Source: Mobula hypostoma (Eukaryota). Taken from it: DNA of 64,000 nt. Location of the stretch: assembly GCF_963921235.1 (NCBI RefSeq), contig NC_086107.1, positions 113,586,001 to 113,650,000 of the forward strand. Reading direction: 5' to 3'. Below, in pieces: positions 23,077 through 37,560 of this stretch. The notes below the pieces were generated by a model. It was not told where the DNA came from. It saw only the letters and a program-made list of their open reading frames with translations, and ran no database searches. A program made the position numbers and the translations under genes. Positions within the stretch are counted from its first letter, which is position 1; every line of letters starts with the position of its first letter.

Positions 23077-23679
23077 TGTGCATTGGGTGTTCAATGGTCT
23101 TTTTTTAATGGACTCTTTTCGGCTCTCTTTGTTTTGTGGCTGCCTTACTGTAAGGGGACGAATCTCAAGGTTGTATAATGCATACATACCTTGGTAACAA
23201 ATGCACTTTGAACTTTGAACTTCGTAGCAGCAGCAGAAGAACCAGAAAGACAGCTGATGGGCCCGTGAGAGAGAGAATAAGTTACAGGGTCACGGCGAAC
23301 TAGAATGGGAGAAGAGGACTAATGGGGTTTTGCCTGTGGAGAGCTAGTACAGACACAATGGACAGAATGTCCTCTTTCTGTGTCATAATAAATGAGTAGA
23401 TAATCGTGGAGAATCTGTGCTCTGTCTTCTCTAAAGAGGGGCAGTGGTAGAGACAGATACCAGAGGGATATTTAAGAAACTCTTAGTTAGGGCACACGGA
23501 TGCTAGAAAAATGGAGGGCTATGGAGCAGGGAAGGGTTAGATTGATCTTAGAGAAGGCGAAAGGGTCAGCACAACAATGTGGGCTGAAGGGCCTGTAGTG
23601 TGCTGTAATGTTCTATGTTCTATGTGGCTTCAAGTCCACAGTGATTGATCCAGGGACTTTACCTACTGAGGACCACAGG

Positions 23680-24460
23680 AAGGTACACAGCATCCATGGA
23701 GGGGAATAAACAGTCAATATTTCAGGCCGAGACCCTTCACGAGGACTGGAAACGAGGGGCAAAAGCTGGAATAAGACCGTGGAGAGAGGGATATGAGTAC
23801 AAGCTGGCAGGTGATAGGTGACGCCAGGTGAGGGGGAAGGTGGGTATCTGGGGCAGGGGGGAATGAGGTCAGAGGTAAAGGGCTGAAAAAGAAGGAATCT
23901 GATTGGAGAAGACAGCAGACTATGGCAGAAACAGAAGGCAGAAGGGAACCAGATGGAGATGATGGGCAGGTGAGAAGAAGAGGAGGTCTGAAAGGATAGA
24001 CAGAGTGATAATAAACGAAAAGAAAGTGGAGGGGGCTGGGAGGAGGGGAAGATATTACCGGAAGTTAGAGAAGCTGATGTTCATGCATTCAGATTGGAGA
24101 TTACCCAGACGGGATATGAAGTGGGGCTCCTCCAACCTGAGTATGGCCTCATCACGGCAGTAAAGGAGGCCATGGACCGACATGTCCGAATGGGAATGGG
24201 AAGTCGAATGCAAATGGATAAACACCAGGAGTTTCTGCCTTTTGCACAGACAGAGTAAAAGTGCTCCACAAAGTGGTCCCCCAACCAGCACCAGGTCTCA
24301 CCAATGTAGAGGAAGTCCCAACAGGAGCATCAGATACAGTAGATGGTCCCGTCAGCCTCGCAGTGGAAGCATGACCTTACCTAGAAGGAGTACTCGAGGC
24401 CCTGAATGGTGGTGAGGGAGTGGTTGGAGGGGCAGGTGTATTTGCAGGGATAAGTACCAG
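23680..24460 (-). mobile_element. Penelope-like 3' fragment
   Basis: SHSHSDMSVHGLLYCRDEAILRLEEPHFISRLGNLQSECMNISFSNFR plus the terminal repeat. Confidence 0.8.
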
Positions 24461-24699
24461 AGTGCTCCTTAACCAGCTGATCACCCACAAAGTCAATGGG
24501 TTTGACAGAAAGTGATCACATATAGAGCAACACTCACAGAATACTGGAGGAACTCAGCAGGTCAGGCAGCGTCTATGGAGAGAAATAAGCAGACAACATT
24601 TCGGGCTGAGACCCTTCATCAGGACTGGAAAGGAGGAGAGAAGAATCTAGCATAACAGTAATTTGGCATATTATCTTGGTCCAAAACCGATCTGGAAAA

Positions 24700-25665
24700 T
24701 TTACAAAGAACTGAAATGATAAATTTCAGAAAACATTATGCGCACTCAACCACGTTGAACACTACCTAGGACAGAAGGGGGAAGACGAATAACAGACATT
24801 AAAAATTTACACAACAGTCAGATAAGACTTCCAAGGATATAGTTTCATCAGTGAAAACAGGAATCAGCATATCACGCGAGAACATGCAATTCTGATAAGA
24901 AATACCCATCACTAAACTCAAATGAAAGTACAACCCAGAGAAATGAAGTAATTATCACTACTGCTGAAGGAAGAGTAATCCAATAGAAGAGTGTGACCCT
25001 TCGTGGAAGACATACCCACAACCTGAGCAGACTAGGTGTCGACAAGAAAGTGTCAGACGCCTGACTCAGAGTTGGAGACCTCTTCCCAGAAACAGAGGGT
25101 TCCTTGTGGCAATACAGGACCAGGTGGCTAACACGCACACAAAAATCAAAAATACACAATAAAAGACCAACAAATTCAAGGTGATAAATGCAGAAAATGC
25201 CAGAGAAACCAGAAACAATCCAACACATTACAGGATCCTGTAGCAGCTTCACTCAATCTGATTACGTACACAGGCACAATCAAGTGGCAAGCATCGTTCA
25301 GCAAAATCTCGGTTAAATACAAGCTCATAAAAGACTCCATACCTTACTATAAATACAAGCCTGATCCAGTTTTAGAGTCAGAGTTCCACAAATTATATTA
25401 CGACTGATCCTTCATTGCAGATCAGACAATCCATAATAACCATCTGGATATAATAATACAGGATAAACAAGCAAGAACAACAGATATAGCCATTCCAAAC
25501 CCACGTAACATACAGAATTCACTGATTGAAAGACATCAGAAATGTGCTGAATTAAAAGAGGAAATTGAAAGACTATGGAACATGAACAGGGTGTACATTG
25601 TCCCAATAGTAATATCTACAACTGGTATCATCCCGAAGTCACAACACAATAGCCTTAAGTAATTA
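24700..25665 (+). mobile_element. R4/Dong-clade (restriction-like endonuclease) non-LTR element fragment, decayed
   Basis: Across frameshifts it reads LFPETEG, ETIQHITGSC (CCHC knuckle), DY.HRHNQVA and DIAIP, which are C-terminal motifs of RLE LINEs. Confidence 0.7.
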
Positions 25666-26109
25666 GATAGATGGCTAGACAGATGCTTTATTGATACCAC
25701 AGGAAATTACAGTGTCACAGTAGTATTACAAGTTCAAAGGTATATTTAATGTCAGAGAAATGTATACAATATACATGCTGAAATTTTTTTTTCTTCGCAA
25801 CCATCCACGAAAACAGAGGAGTACCCCAAAGAATGAATGACAGTTAAATGTTAGAACCCCAAAGACACCCCCCAGCTCCCCCTCCCACACGTAAGCAGCA
25901 GCAAAGCAACGACCCCCACCCTCCCCACCAGCAAAAAAAAGCATCGGCACCCTCTACCGAGCACTCAAGCGTGCAGCAAAGCACCAATAATGTGCACAGT
26001 GCACAGATATACAAATATACAAATATTAAAAGAGAAGTAAGAAAGAATAAAAAAGAAGTTACTTCAAACAAACAAACAGGAAGGAGTCATCACTTCCCAG
26101 CTATAGGTT

Positions 26110-27780
26110 GACTCATTATAGAGCCTGATGGCCGAGGGTAAGAATGACCTCATATAACGCTCTTTGGACCAGCGCAGTTGTCTTAAGTCTATTACTAAAA
26201 ATGCTCCTCTGTTCAGTCAAGCTGGCATGCAGAGGTTGAGAAACATTGTCCAGAATTGCCGGGGTTTTCCGCAGGGTCCTTTGTACTACCACGATCTCCA
26301 GTGTGTCCAGATTGGCTCCTATAACAGAGCCAGGCTTTCTAATCAGTTTATTGTGCCTGTTGGCATCACCCATGTTGATGCCATTGCCCCAGCACACCAC
26401 CGCAAAAACAGACTGAAGGAACATGTGAAGGAGAGGCCTGAATGATCTAAAGGATCTCAGTCTCCTCAGGAAGTAGAGGCAACTTTGGCCCTTCTTGTAC
26501 ACAGCCTCTGTGTTGGTCATCCAGGTGCACCCCCAGGCACTTGTAGGTCCTCACCATGTCCACCTCCTCACCATCAATAGTAACAGGGACCCATGCAGGC
26601 TGAGTCGTCCTAAAGTCCATCACCAACTCCTTTGTCTTACTGATGCTGAGCTGCAGATGATTCAGCTTGCACCATTTGACAAAGTCCTCCACCAGGGTCC
26701 TGTAATCATCCTCCCGTCCTCCCTTTATCCCTCCAACTACTGCTGAGTCATCAGAGAATTTCTGCATATGACCTGACTCAGTGATGTACCTAAAGTAAAG
26801 AGGAGGGGAGCCAATATAGTCCCCTGTGGGGCCTCAGTGCTGCTTATAACCATGTCTGACACACAGCTCTGAAACTTCTCAAACTGTGGTCTGCCACTCA
26901 GGTAGTCCATTATCCAGGATACAATGGAGGTGCCAACCTTTGATAAATCAAAAACCATGATGCTCAAGGTGCTGCCCTGCTTATGCAAATGGGAGTAGGC
27001 TCTGCTCAGCGGGCAGATGACAGCGTCGTCGACTCCCATGTGCTTCTGGTGGACAAACTGCAAGGGGTCGGAGGCGAGCCAGGATCAGCCTCTCTAGAAC
27101 TTCGTGACGTGTGAGGTCAGGGCCATTGGATGGCAGTCAATCAAGACTTTCAGTTGGCCCTCCTTTGGTGCAGGGGCCACACACAATGTTTTCCACGCAG
27201 TCCAGACCATTTCCAGATTGAAAACGTGCTGGAGAACTCCACACAGCTTGCTCAGAACACTTCTCAGGACCTTGGGGTTCACAGCACCCGGTCCCAATGC
27301 TTTGCCATGTCTGAGTTTCCTCAGAGCCCTTCTCACCGGCTCAGTAGTGAAGGTGAGTCCATGATGACGGGGGAGTTGGTGGAAGGTGGGGCTGGGGGAG
27401 ATGAAGGTCAGGATGATAGCAAGTTGGTGTGTGGAGGTGTGGATGGCAGGTGCAGGGCAAGGAGGGGAGGTAGACAGTTGTAGTCTGTGTTGTTCATCCA
27501 CGTGTTGAATTGGAGGGGGAGGAGGAGGGAGGGGAGGTGTTGGTGCTGAGGGAGCATTGGGTGCCTCGGCACCTGGACTGGTGTGCTGAGGGGATTGTGA
27601 ACAGGCGGGCAATTGTCAAACCTATTGAGGAATTGTTTTAACTCATTAGCCCATTCACAGCTGAATTCCAAGGCTCTACAGCGAGGCTGATTGAAGCCAG
27701 TTATGCTCTTCATGTCTCTCCACACCTCCCGTAGGTTAATTTGCCCAAGCTGTTTCTCCAGCTCTCTCCTGTATTCCTCT
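26110..27780 (-). mobile_element. Rex1/Babar LINE, decayed RT fragment
   Basis: GPGAVNPKVL, PMALTSHV, APQGTILAPLLF, QKFSDD, LQLSISKTKELVMDFR. Confidence 0.85.
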
Positions 27781-28289
27781 TTAGTCACACAATTAGGCCT
27801 ACACAGTAATATCTATGTAAATCTCCAAAAAGGTGAGAAGAGAAGAGGCAAGAGGGAATCCAGATTTGGGAATGGGAGAAGACGGAAAGAGGTGGAAGAG
27901 CAACTACTCTAAGTTAGAGAAATTGATGTTCATGCCACCAGGTTGGAGGATACCAAGATGGAGTCTGAAGTGTTGTTCCTTTAACATGAGAGAGGCATCA
28001 TCATGGCAGCAGAGGAGACCATGGATCGCCATGTCAGAATGGGAATGGGAATTGGAATTAAAATGGTTGGTCACCAGGAAATCCTTCTTGTTTCGAGCTG
28101 GAAGAAAGTTATGAATGTGAAGGTTGGGTGTGGGCCTTGGATAGGTGAAAGATGGATGGAATATCCCCTTGTAGATTGTTTCCTAACTTGTCGACTTTCA
28201 TGATTAACGGGCTGAGAGTTCTTTGTCATTGACTTAGCTCAGTAAGCATGCTCCAGGCAGCTGGAAACCTGATGGTTTTACTGAACAAT

Positions 28290-29620
28290 TTTATGTTGGA
28301 GCATCTTCGGAGATCCTCTGGGGGTTTGCTGTTGTGGTGTTTGCCGAACTTGGCAATGAGCTTACAGACATTTCATCACCAGTCGAGGTGGCGTCCTCGT
28401 TGTGCAGCTGTTGGTGTTTCTCTCTGGGAGTGCTCGTGTTTATATAGACCCCTGTTTGCTTGCCTCGCTCCTGATGGCTAGCCCTTCAGTTGACCTTTGA
28501 ATTCTATTGGTTCGTATTATTTCATCATGTCTGTTTATGGAGTTATCAGAAGAGGGGCACACCTGTAAAAATTCATGTACCTGCCTCGTGTTTGCCTGCG
28601 CCAAAACCTCCGTGGTGTCCTTCTTGGCCTTCTCGTACTGAGATCACGTTTCCATACCACCAGTTTGTGGTTCCGTAAACGAGATCCTCTACAGTCTTTC
28701 AATGGATCAGTTCTCATCACCTCTGTTGCATCAAGGTGTAGAATTGTTATTGTTCTTGTAGTTTAATGTTCCTCTGTTTGCTTAAATCACCCATGTACAT
28801 ATAACTGTTCCACAAATTTTCCGGTAATTATGGTACAGTTGCTTCTGTACTTTTCTAGAAACTTCTTAGTTTTCAGTAGGAGGTGCCTCATTACTTGAAT
28901 CTGGCGATTTTGTTGGTTAATTGTTACCATTGGAATTTCTGTTATCCCAAGTCAGGTATGTGACGACCATGACTACTTTTTAGTCTGCTCTCCCGTGATT
29001 TCTCGGTACTCAGTGTCAAGGAAGATTAAAATCATGGAGGACAAGAGCAGGTAGGTGTTCAGCGCCGTCTACCAGCCTCTCACATGCTGCTGCCAGATGA
29101 AAGGTGTCTGTTGGCGATGGTCCCTCCCTCTCGCTCTCTCTCTTACGGGCTGCTCCCGGAGGAGGGTCCCAAGCCAAGTTTGTCTTTATTAAGAAAAAAA
29201 CGTTACAGCCATATACAACCCCCCACCACCCCATGATTCTCTGCATATTCCGGTCTCTCCACTTGAACTGGAAAACTGTGGAGGTTCTGATGCAGGCACA
29301 CATGAAGCACGAAAAGTTTTAGAAGCGTGGTTCTGTTCCAATAACTCTGTAGGCAAACAGATCGAAAGAGACGCCACCGACAAACACCTAAGAGCCAAAG
29401 AAACATGAGCCAGTAGAATTCAAAGGTCAACAGAAGGGTGGCCAGTCAGGACCTAGGCAAGGGAACAGAGGCCTATGTAAATGCGAGCAATCCCAGAGAG
29501 AAACACAAATATCTGCGCACTGAGGATGTCACCTCGACTGGTGATGAGATGTCTGCAATCTAATTGCCAAGTTCAGTGAACGCCACAATGTCAAATGCCT
29601 TAACCCAAGCTACCAATACT
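28290..29620. mobile_element. Penelope-like element with inverted duplication
   Basis: ~28330-28680 is an inverted relative of ~29230-29600. The latter encodes a GIY-YIG C-terminus (HLNWKTVEVL...FLEAWF). Confidence 0.6.
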
Positions 29621-29884
29621 CACCATCATCCCTGTCTGCCTTGCAACTAAATTCCCACAGCCGCCTTGGAAAAGAATTCCCCATATTCACAATCCTCTGG
29701 GGAAGACATTTCTTGAACAGATGACCTTCAGACTTGGCGACTGCGGCCCAGATTCCGTGAATACAAAAGCACACAAGTACGTCAAAATCACAGTCAAAAT
29801 AAATTCGTTATCAAATTACGTATATGTCACTATATACTACCCTCAGATTCATTTTCTTGTGGGTATTTTTCCCTGTATTCCTTC

Positions 29885-31155
29885 ATGTCTTGACCAATCA
29901 AGAATCTATCAATCTCTGCCTTCAATACATATAAAGTGTAAAGATTTGGCCTCCACAGCTGCCTTTGGTAAAGGATTCCACAAATACATCACTCTCTGGC
30001 TAAAGAAATTCCTCCTCATCTCCATTCTAAAAGGACACTTCTTTATTCTGAGGCTGTGTCCTCTGGTCTTGGACTCTCCCACCATTGGAAACATCCTCTC
30101 CACATCCACTTTACGAAAGCCTTTCACCATTCAGTAGGTTTCAATGACGTCACCCCTCATTCTTCTGAATTCCAGTGAATACAGGCCCAGAGCCATCAAA
30201 TGCTCTTCATATGACAAGCCATTCAATCCTGGAACTATTTTCATGAAGCTCCTTTCAACTCTGTCCAGTTTCAGCACATCCTTTCCAAGATAAAGGGCCC
30301 AAAATTGCTCACAATATTCCAAGTGAGGGCTCACTAGTGCTTTATAAAGCCTCAACATTACATCCTTGCTTTTATATTCTAGTCCTCTTGAAATGAATGA
30401 TAACATTGCTTTTGCCTTCCTCACCACAGACTCAACTTGCAAAGTCCCTTTGTACCTCAATATACTATATTCTCTCCATTTAGAAAATAGTTAGCCCTTT
30501 TATTTCTTCTACCAAAGTGCATGACCACATACTTCCTGACACTGTATTCCATCTGCCATTTCTTTGCCCATTCTCTTTGTCCTTTGATAGCCTCTCTATT
30601 TCCTCAAAACTATCTGCCCCTCCACCTATCTTTATATTGTCTGTAAACTTTGCAACAAAGCCATCAATTCCATCATCCAAATCATTGACATATAATGTAA
30701 AAAGAATTAGTCCCAACACAGACACCCTGTGGAACACCACTAGTCACCAGCAGCCAAACAGAAAAGGCTCCTTTTATTCCCAATCTTTGCCTCCTGTCAA
30801 TCAGCCACTGCTTTATCCATGCTAGAGTCTTTCCTGTAATAACATAAGCTCATAGCTTGTTAAGCAGCCTCATGTGAGGAACCTTGTCAAAGGCCTTCTG
30901 AAAATCCAAATACACAACATCAACCAATTCTCCTTTGTCCATCCTGCTTGTTATTTCTTCAAAGAATTCCAACAGATTTGTCAGACAAGACTTTCTCTTG
31001 AGGAAACCATGCTGACTGTGGCTTATTTTATCATGTACCTCCAAATACCCCGAGACACCATCCTTAATATCTTCCTAACCACGGAGGTCAGACTAACTGG
31101 CCTATACTTTCCTTTCATCTGCCTTTCTCCCTTCTTGAAGAGCGGTGTAACATTT
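29885..31155 (-). mobile_element. CR1 LINE ORF2 fragment
   Basis: QHGFLKRKSCLTNLLEFFEEIT, DVVYLDFQKAFDKVPH, AKFTDN, HLEYCEQFW. Confidence 0.9.
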
Positions 31156-31999
31156 GAACTTGTACTATATAACTTACGAGAAACGATGAAACAAAGACTG
31201 ATAACAACCAGAGTTCAAGTTAGATGCCAAGTTTAACGTTCAAAGTAAATTTATTCTCAAAGTACATATATGATACCATATTCAATTCTGAGATTCGTTT
31301 TCTGGCAAGCATTCAAAGTTCAAAGTACATTCTATTATCAAAGTATGCATACTTCGTACAACCTTCAGATTTGTCTCCTTGTAGGCAGCCACAAAACAGA
31401 GAAACACAAAAGAACCTGCTAAAAACAATAGGAGACTGCCAAACGCCTAGTGTGCAGAGAGAGAGAAAAGAAGAAACAAATCATGCAAACAATAAAAGCA
31501 AGAAAACGGCATTCAGAACTGACGTTCAGAAAGCCAGGCATCACTGCAACCAATCCAGACCATCCCTGGCCATTCACAGTAGAACAAAGAAATACAATAC
31601 AATCAATAAAAAATTCACACGAAGACTGGCAAGCAACCAATATGTAAAAGAAGATAAAGGTGTACAAATATATTAAAAAATAATACTGCTTGTCATATTT
31701 TTCAACTTCAAGACATTAAATTAATTGAAAGAAAACATGAGAGTTTGAAATACGGGTGTAACTTCGAGTTTACCTTAAGTGAGGCACGCACGTGTCACAT
31801 GATAGAGTGATGGCGTAGGCAACTTATGTATTTTTACATATAACTAATCATGAATTATTTAAATAAATAGGAAAGCTTAATCAAACTATATATATATTTG
31901 AGTTATCTTGTACAAGATAACTCAAATATTACTTAAGTATCCTGCTGCTGCTTGTAAGGAGTTTGTACGTTCTCCCCGTGACTGCGTGGGTTTCCTCCG

Positions 32000-32209
32000 G
32001 GTTTGGGTTTGGGTATTTGATCCTCCACAATATTCCACATGGGTATTTAAACTGGAGGAGGCAGCGTTTTTTTTACGATGTCGAGTTGCGAGCTCGACAT
32101 CAACCCGGCGCGGATGGAGAGCGCGCTCGGGAGTGGTCTGTCACTGGATCGAACTCGGGAACGTCCGTTCTCGAGCCCAGCGCTGATCTCACTGCGCCAC
32201 CAGCTGACC
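32000..32209 (-). mobile_element. CpG-rich tRNA-headed SINE (third family)
   Basis: Minus-strand head GGTCAGCTGGTGGCGCAGTGAG...GAGTTCGATCC, hairpin GATGTCGAG..CTCGACATC, (CCAAAC)n tail. Inserted within a V-SINE-like copy. Confidence 0.7.
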
Positions 32210-32410
32210 TAGTTCCCTGGTTCTCTAGAAACCAGGGTTCTCTGATTTCCCCCCAGAGTCCAAAGACATACTGGTTGGAAGGCTAATTGGTCACTGTAAA
32301 TTGTCCCATGACTAGGCTGGGATTAAGTTGGGAGATTGCTAAACAGAGTGGCTGGAAGGGCCGGAAGCACCTACTCTGCACTGTAGATCAATAAAAAGTA
32401 AAAATTAGAG

Positions 32411-33385
32411 CAGGGATGGCCAACCTGTGGCACATTGCACCCCAGTGACAAAAATAAAAAAGTAAGCCTACTCATGCAAAAAGTATTAACCAAAAACCGA
32501 TTCGTAGAAAAAAAATCTATAACAGGAATTCAAGTAGCTTAGAGCTAGAAATGGGGTTTACTGAGAATAAGTCTAAAACTTAGCAATTATTTTTAGCGAT
32601 TTTATTATTTTGTGCACATCTTTTGGTGAATGTTATCTTCTTTCACATTAATCTGTTTTCAATTTTAAAAAATGTTTAATGAGTCAAACCAGGAAAGAAG
32701 AACTCTTCTTCAGTCATTCTATAACTGTTCAATACACACTTGATATTTGTTTGATCCTGAGGCGCCAGGCGTCTGCACCAGCGGTGCGTCGCAGGTTTTT
32801 GCCAGCCAGTTTACAACTGACACTAATGCACTACGGAGTCGTGCTTTGTTCGCCCTTTGTGAACATTTGCAGTTTTGCACTTTTTCAAAGATTAAGCCTT
32901 GTTTTTACATTCAGTGACCCATCACAGTGCAAAAGAAAGGCAGAAAGTGATAGTAAGCATGAATTCAATGAACAGAGGGAAAATGAGCTCTTATTTATAG
33001 CGGATCCGGCAGGAAAACAGTTGTGCATTGTCGGTGAAAACACTTTCTCACATAATAGAAGACATGATCTTAATAGAACACAACATCAGACTGAAATAGA
33101 AGGAAAACTGAAGCTAGTGCTTGGGTCTGAGTTACGGCAAGAATATGTGATTAAGAAAAAGGAAGAAATCAAAAGAAGACAAAATATATTTGTTAAAAGT
33201 CTCATTAAGGTAAGTAATGTTTATCTTGTTTTTATATTAAATCAATATATCATGTAAAAATGCTAGATATGTCTATATTAACATATTTTTACAAGAATTG
33301 AACGGGGGTACAAGAGTTGTATGACGCATCTGAACTCGTGCGTGTAAAAATTGACGCACGGAATGTAAAAGGTTGGCCGCCCCTG
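32411..33385 (+). mobile_element. Non-autonomous hAT (Charlie/SPIN-like) DNA transposon
   Basis: TIRs CAGGGATGGCCAACCT / AGGTTGGCCGCCCCTG and perfect 8-bp TSD AATTAGAG. Internal remnant KRKAESDSKHEFNEQRENELLFIADPAGKQLCIV resembles a hAT transposase N-terminal BED-like region. Confidence 0.85.
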
Positions 33386-36204
33386 AATTAGAGTATTGAA
33401 GTGCACAACTCTACTGAGAACACAAGCTGTAGAGTCTTTGAAAGTGAGCCTATAGGTTCTGTACAGTGATCAGCTCAGTGCAGAGACGAGTGAAAGACTG
33501 ACAAGCAACCAATGTGAAGAAGAAGGCAAAATATGCAATTCTTTTTTAGAAATACCAAGAATAAGGGTTGTAGAGTGTTTGAAAGGCGTGGAGTTAGCTC
33601 AGCACTGAGGCGAGATATTATCAGCAACCAATTTATTTCAGTATTTCTACCCTGCTCTTGCTGGCTGACCCCTGATTCAGACTGTGAACTCTGTTTCTAG
33701 AAGATGTTAACACAAGGGACAGCAGATGTTGGAACCTGGAACACCAAATAATCTGCTGGAGGAGCCCAGGGGGTCGAACAGCATCTGTGAGGGGGTGAGG
33801 AAGGAATTAATTCTGTCCTGATGCAGGGCTTTGAATGCAACTGGCAACCATTCCTTTCCTCTTCATAGGACCCAGCACATACAGTAAATGTAATCACAAA
33901 GAAAGCTCAACCATGCCTTTACTTCCTTAGGAGTCTGCGGAGCTTCCGTACGATAACCACAACCTTGACAAACTTCTATAGATGTGTGGTGGAGAGTGTA
34001 TTGACTGGCTGCATCACAGCCTGGTATGGAAACACCAATGCCTTCGAACGGAAAATCCTACAAAAGGCAGTGGATTTGGCCCAGTACATCACAGGTAAAG
34101 CCCACCCAACCATTGGGCACATCTACATGAAACGCTGTCGTAGGAAAGCAGCATCCATCATCAGAGATTCTCACCACCCAGGCCATGCTCTTTTCTCACT
34201 GCTGCCATGAAGTAGAAGGTACAAGAGTCTCAGGACTCACACCACCAAGTTCAAGAACAGTTACTACCCCTCAGCCACCAGGCTCTTGAACAAAAGGGGA
34301 TAACTTCACTCAACTACTGAGACGTTCCCACAACCGATGATCTCACTTGAAGAATTTATTATTTGTTATTTCATGTTCTCGTTATTTATTGCTATTTACT
34401 TATAGTTTCATTTCAACAGTTTTCTGTCTTGTATGCACTTGATCTTTCATTGATCTTGTTTACAGATACTATTCTATAGATTTGCTGAGTATTCCCGCAG
34501 GAAAAAGAATCTCAGAGTTGTATGTGGTGACATATATGTACCCTGATGATAAATTTTACTTTGAAACTTTAAAACTTTGAGGTGCTGCTTGACCCATTGA
34601 TACCCTTCCAGTCCTGTAATTTGTTGATTTGATTTCCTTGACACACCAGCCAAGGGAAACATTCTTCTAGTATGTATGAAATATACATATTTCACAACAC
34701 AGGAAGGATTACAACATATTACTGTTCCAGAGAGTTTCCACCAGTCTCATTCCCTCACTTATTTTCCTTTAATCATTGTTGAGACTGTGAACAAAGTCAC
34801 TGGAGAGACACTGGTTTATACAAGTCTTTATTTGGCCAAGCAAGCAGGAAACATATGGGAGACACTCTTGGAAGAAGAGGCCTGCCTAACCCAGTAATAC
34901 ATGACATTTCTATATGCTAAAGGTCAAAGGTCCTTAGCAGGACAATCTATAGTTACAGTGTATCTACAATGCTTCCTTTGAATTACATAGAGTTTTCACA
35001 CACCTCCTTCTTTGCTCACACACTCCTGACACCCAAAATGAAAGTCAATTCCCACTGATTCTGGGCTGCATTCATGCATATGCAGATATCTCAGGTCAAT
35101 GAGTGTTTGTTTGTTTGCAATTGGCCCCAAAATGCAGCTCCAGGAACACCATTGTTCTGGGTGTATATTTATTTATTTACTGAGGTACAGTGCAGACTGG
35201 GCTGTTCCAGCCATTTGATTCACTCCGCCCAGCAATCCCCCGATTTAATCTGAGCCTGATCACAGGACAATTTACAATGACCAACTAACCTACCAATCGG
35301 CGTGTCTTTGGACTGTGTGAGGAAACTGGAGCACCCACAGGAAACCCACGCAGTCATGGGGAGATCGTACCAACTCCTCACAGGCAGTGGCAGGAATTGA
35401 ATCCCGGTCACGGGTACTGTAAAGCAGGTGGCCTAACCACTACACCTCTGTGCCACCTCAAACTCGATCTACAATCCACATTCAGGTATGAAGACTGGTT
35501 GCTGTTGAAATTAGTATTTGCTATGTACCATAACTTCAGAATATGCCCTAACAACAGGAATTCCATATTTATTTAGCCAGTTCGATATAAATCCCTCAGT
35601 TCCCATGGCAGAATCTGGATCACTAATCCAATAACATACCCACAGCACCATTGACCTGCGTCTAGCGAGTATGTCACTGGATTAATCCGAACCTACTCAG
35701 CCCCAAGCCATCAGGATTTCCGATCAGCCCTATCAATCGCTACTCACATCGCAGTCACAGACAATCCAGGGTAATTCCACACTTCCCCATTCACAGGAGC
35801 TGACATTCACATGTTGGCAGGCAACCATCAGCTGCAGGGGAACTCGCTGTGACGAGACAGGACACGATTCCTCGCAGCAAGGATCTCCAGCAGAGCTGGC
35901 ACTTTCCCCCCTGACAGAATCACTCTGATAAATTCATTGATGTCAACGTTTCTTTAGAGCTCTCTTCCTCTTTCCCCGTTGCATTCTCCGTCTGTTCTGA
36001 CTTCTCTCTGGCTCTCTCTGTGCCTTTTCTCGTGTTTAACAAGTCCTGCTATTGTGATTTCCTGGAAAGACCCAATGCACTTTTTGCCAACGTCACTAAA
36101 TACACCCTGAGTCATAACTTCTCTGCAAGAGAAGCTCTGGGTATGGGAGGGACAAGAAAACAAGAATTACAACTCTCTCCCACTTGTAAACGGGGACACT
36201 TCAA

Positions 36205-36650
36205 GCCAGCTCTCCCTCCTCTCTCTCTCGCTCTCTCTCTCCTCTCTCTCTCTCCAGCTCTCTCTCTGTTTCTTTCTCTCTCTGTCTCTGTCTCTCTGAC
36301 TCTGCCTCTCTTTCTCTCTCCCCCTCTGACTAGTTCTCTCTCCCCTCTCTCTCTTTTTCCTCTCTCCCTTTCTCTGTCTGTCTCTCTGACTATCTCTCTT
36401 TCTGTCTCTCTCTCTGACTCTCTCCCTTTCTCTCTCTAGCTCTCTCTTCCTCTTTCTCTCTGACTCTCTCTCCCTCTGTCTCTGTCTCCCTGACTTTCCT
36501 GTTCTCTCTTTCTCCATCTCTATCTCTCTCTCCTTCTCTCTCTCTGTCTTCCTCTAGCTCTCTCTTTCTCACTGTCTGTTTCTCTGACTTTCTCTCTCTC
36601 ACACACATATTCTCTCCCTCTCCCTATTTTCTCTCTCCCCCCTCTCTCCA
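36205..36650. repeat. CT-rich low-complexity tract
   Basis: Direct observation. Confidence 0.9.
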
Positions 36651-37560
36651 TTGCCTTATCTATCTGTCCGACTGTTCCCCGCCTCTCTGTTTACCTTCTT
36701 TTGCCGTTAACAGTTCCTGCTGCAGTAAGCATAACCCCAGGTTTTCTTCAATGGCACCTACGCCCAACCTCTCTTCCTCCCTCATTGATCTCCCCTGCCT
36801 TCAATATTCCCGGTCTTCTCAGAGGGCCACCCTCATTCAACCATTAAAGCAAGGGGTAGAAGCGAATTGCGATCACAAATTGTGACCATCTAACCTGGCC
36901 CACACCGTGGTGGAGAGCTGGGCTCCTGTGGTCTCCAGAACATTGTTTCACCCTTGCACTCGGCTTCCCACCAACTGGGATCCAAGAACTTTACACCTTG
37001 TGGCAACATTGCTGGAACAAACGTGGTGCTCGCAAATGACTCTGGCATTTCATAAGTCTACAACTTTTAATAAACATCCCCCTTAATATTCCTCCCCTTT
37101 CGGGAGGAATTTCTTTAGCCAGAGGGTGGTGAATCTGTGGAATTCATTGCCACAGACACCTGTGGATGATAAGTCATTGGGTATATTTAAAGTGGAGGTT
37201 GATAGGGTCTTGATTAGTAAGGATGTCAAAGATTACAGGGAGAAGGCAGGAAAGTGGGGTTGAGAGGGATAATAATTTGGCTATGTTGTCCTAATTCTGC
37301 TCCAATGTCTTATAGTCTTTTGGTCTACCACCTCAGCCATTTAGTGTCCCGACAAAGGCGCAACAGAACATTCCTCGAGGTATTCTGGTTTCTTCCCACA
37401 TTCTAAAGATGTAGAGGCTGGGTGAGTGAGCTGTGGGCACGCTATCTTGCTGCCAGAAGCGAGCTCCCCCAGCACATCCTCAGACAGTGTTGGCTGTTGA
37501 TGTAAACAGTGCATTTCACTTTGTGTAATTACTGGAAAATTCACTGAACAATGACATGCA

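Noticed and set aside
32679..33257. 192-aa ORF as a host gene (EPM2AIP1/GTF2IRD2-like)
   Set aside because: It lies inside a TIR/TSD-bounded hAT element, is truncated, and lacks key zinc-finger residues.
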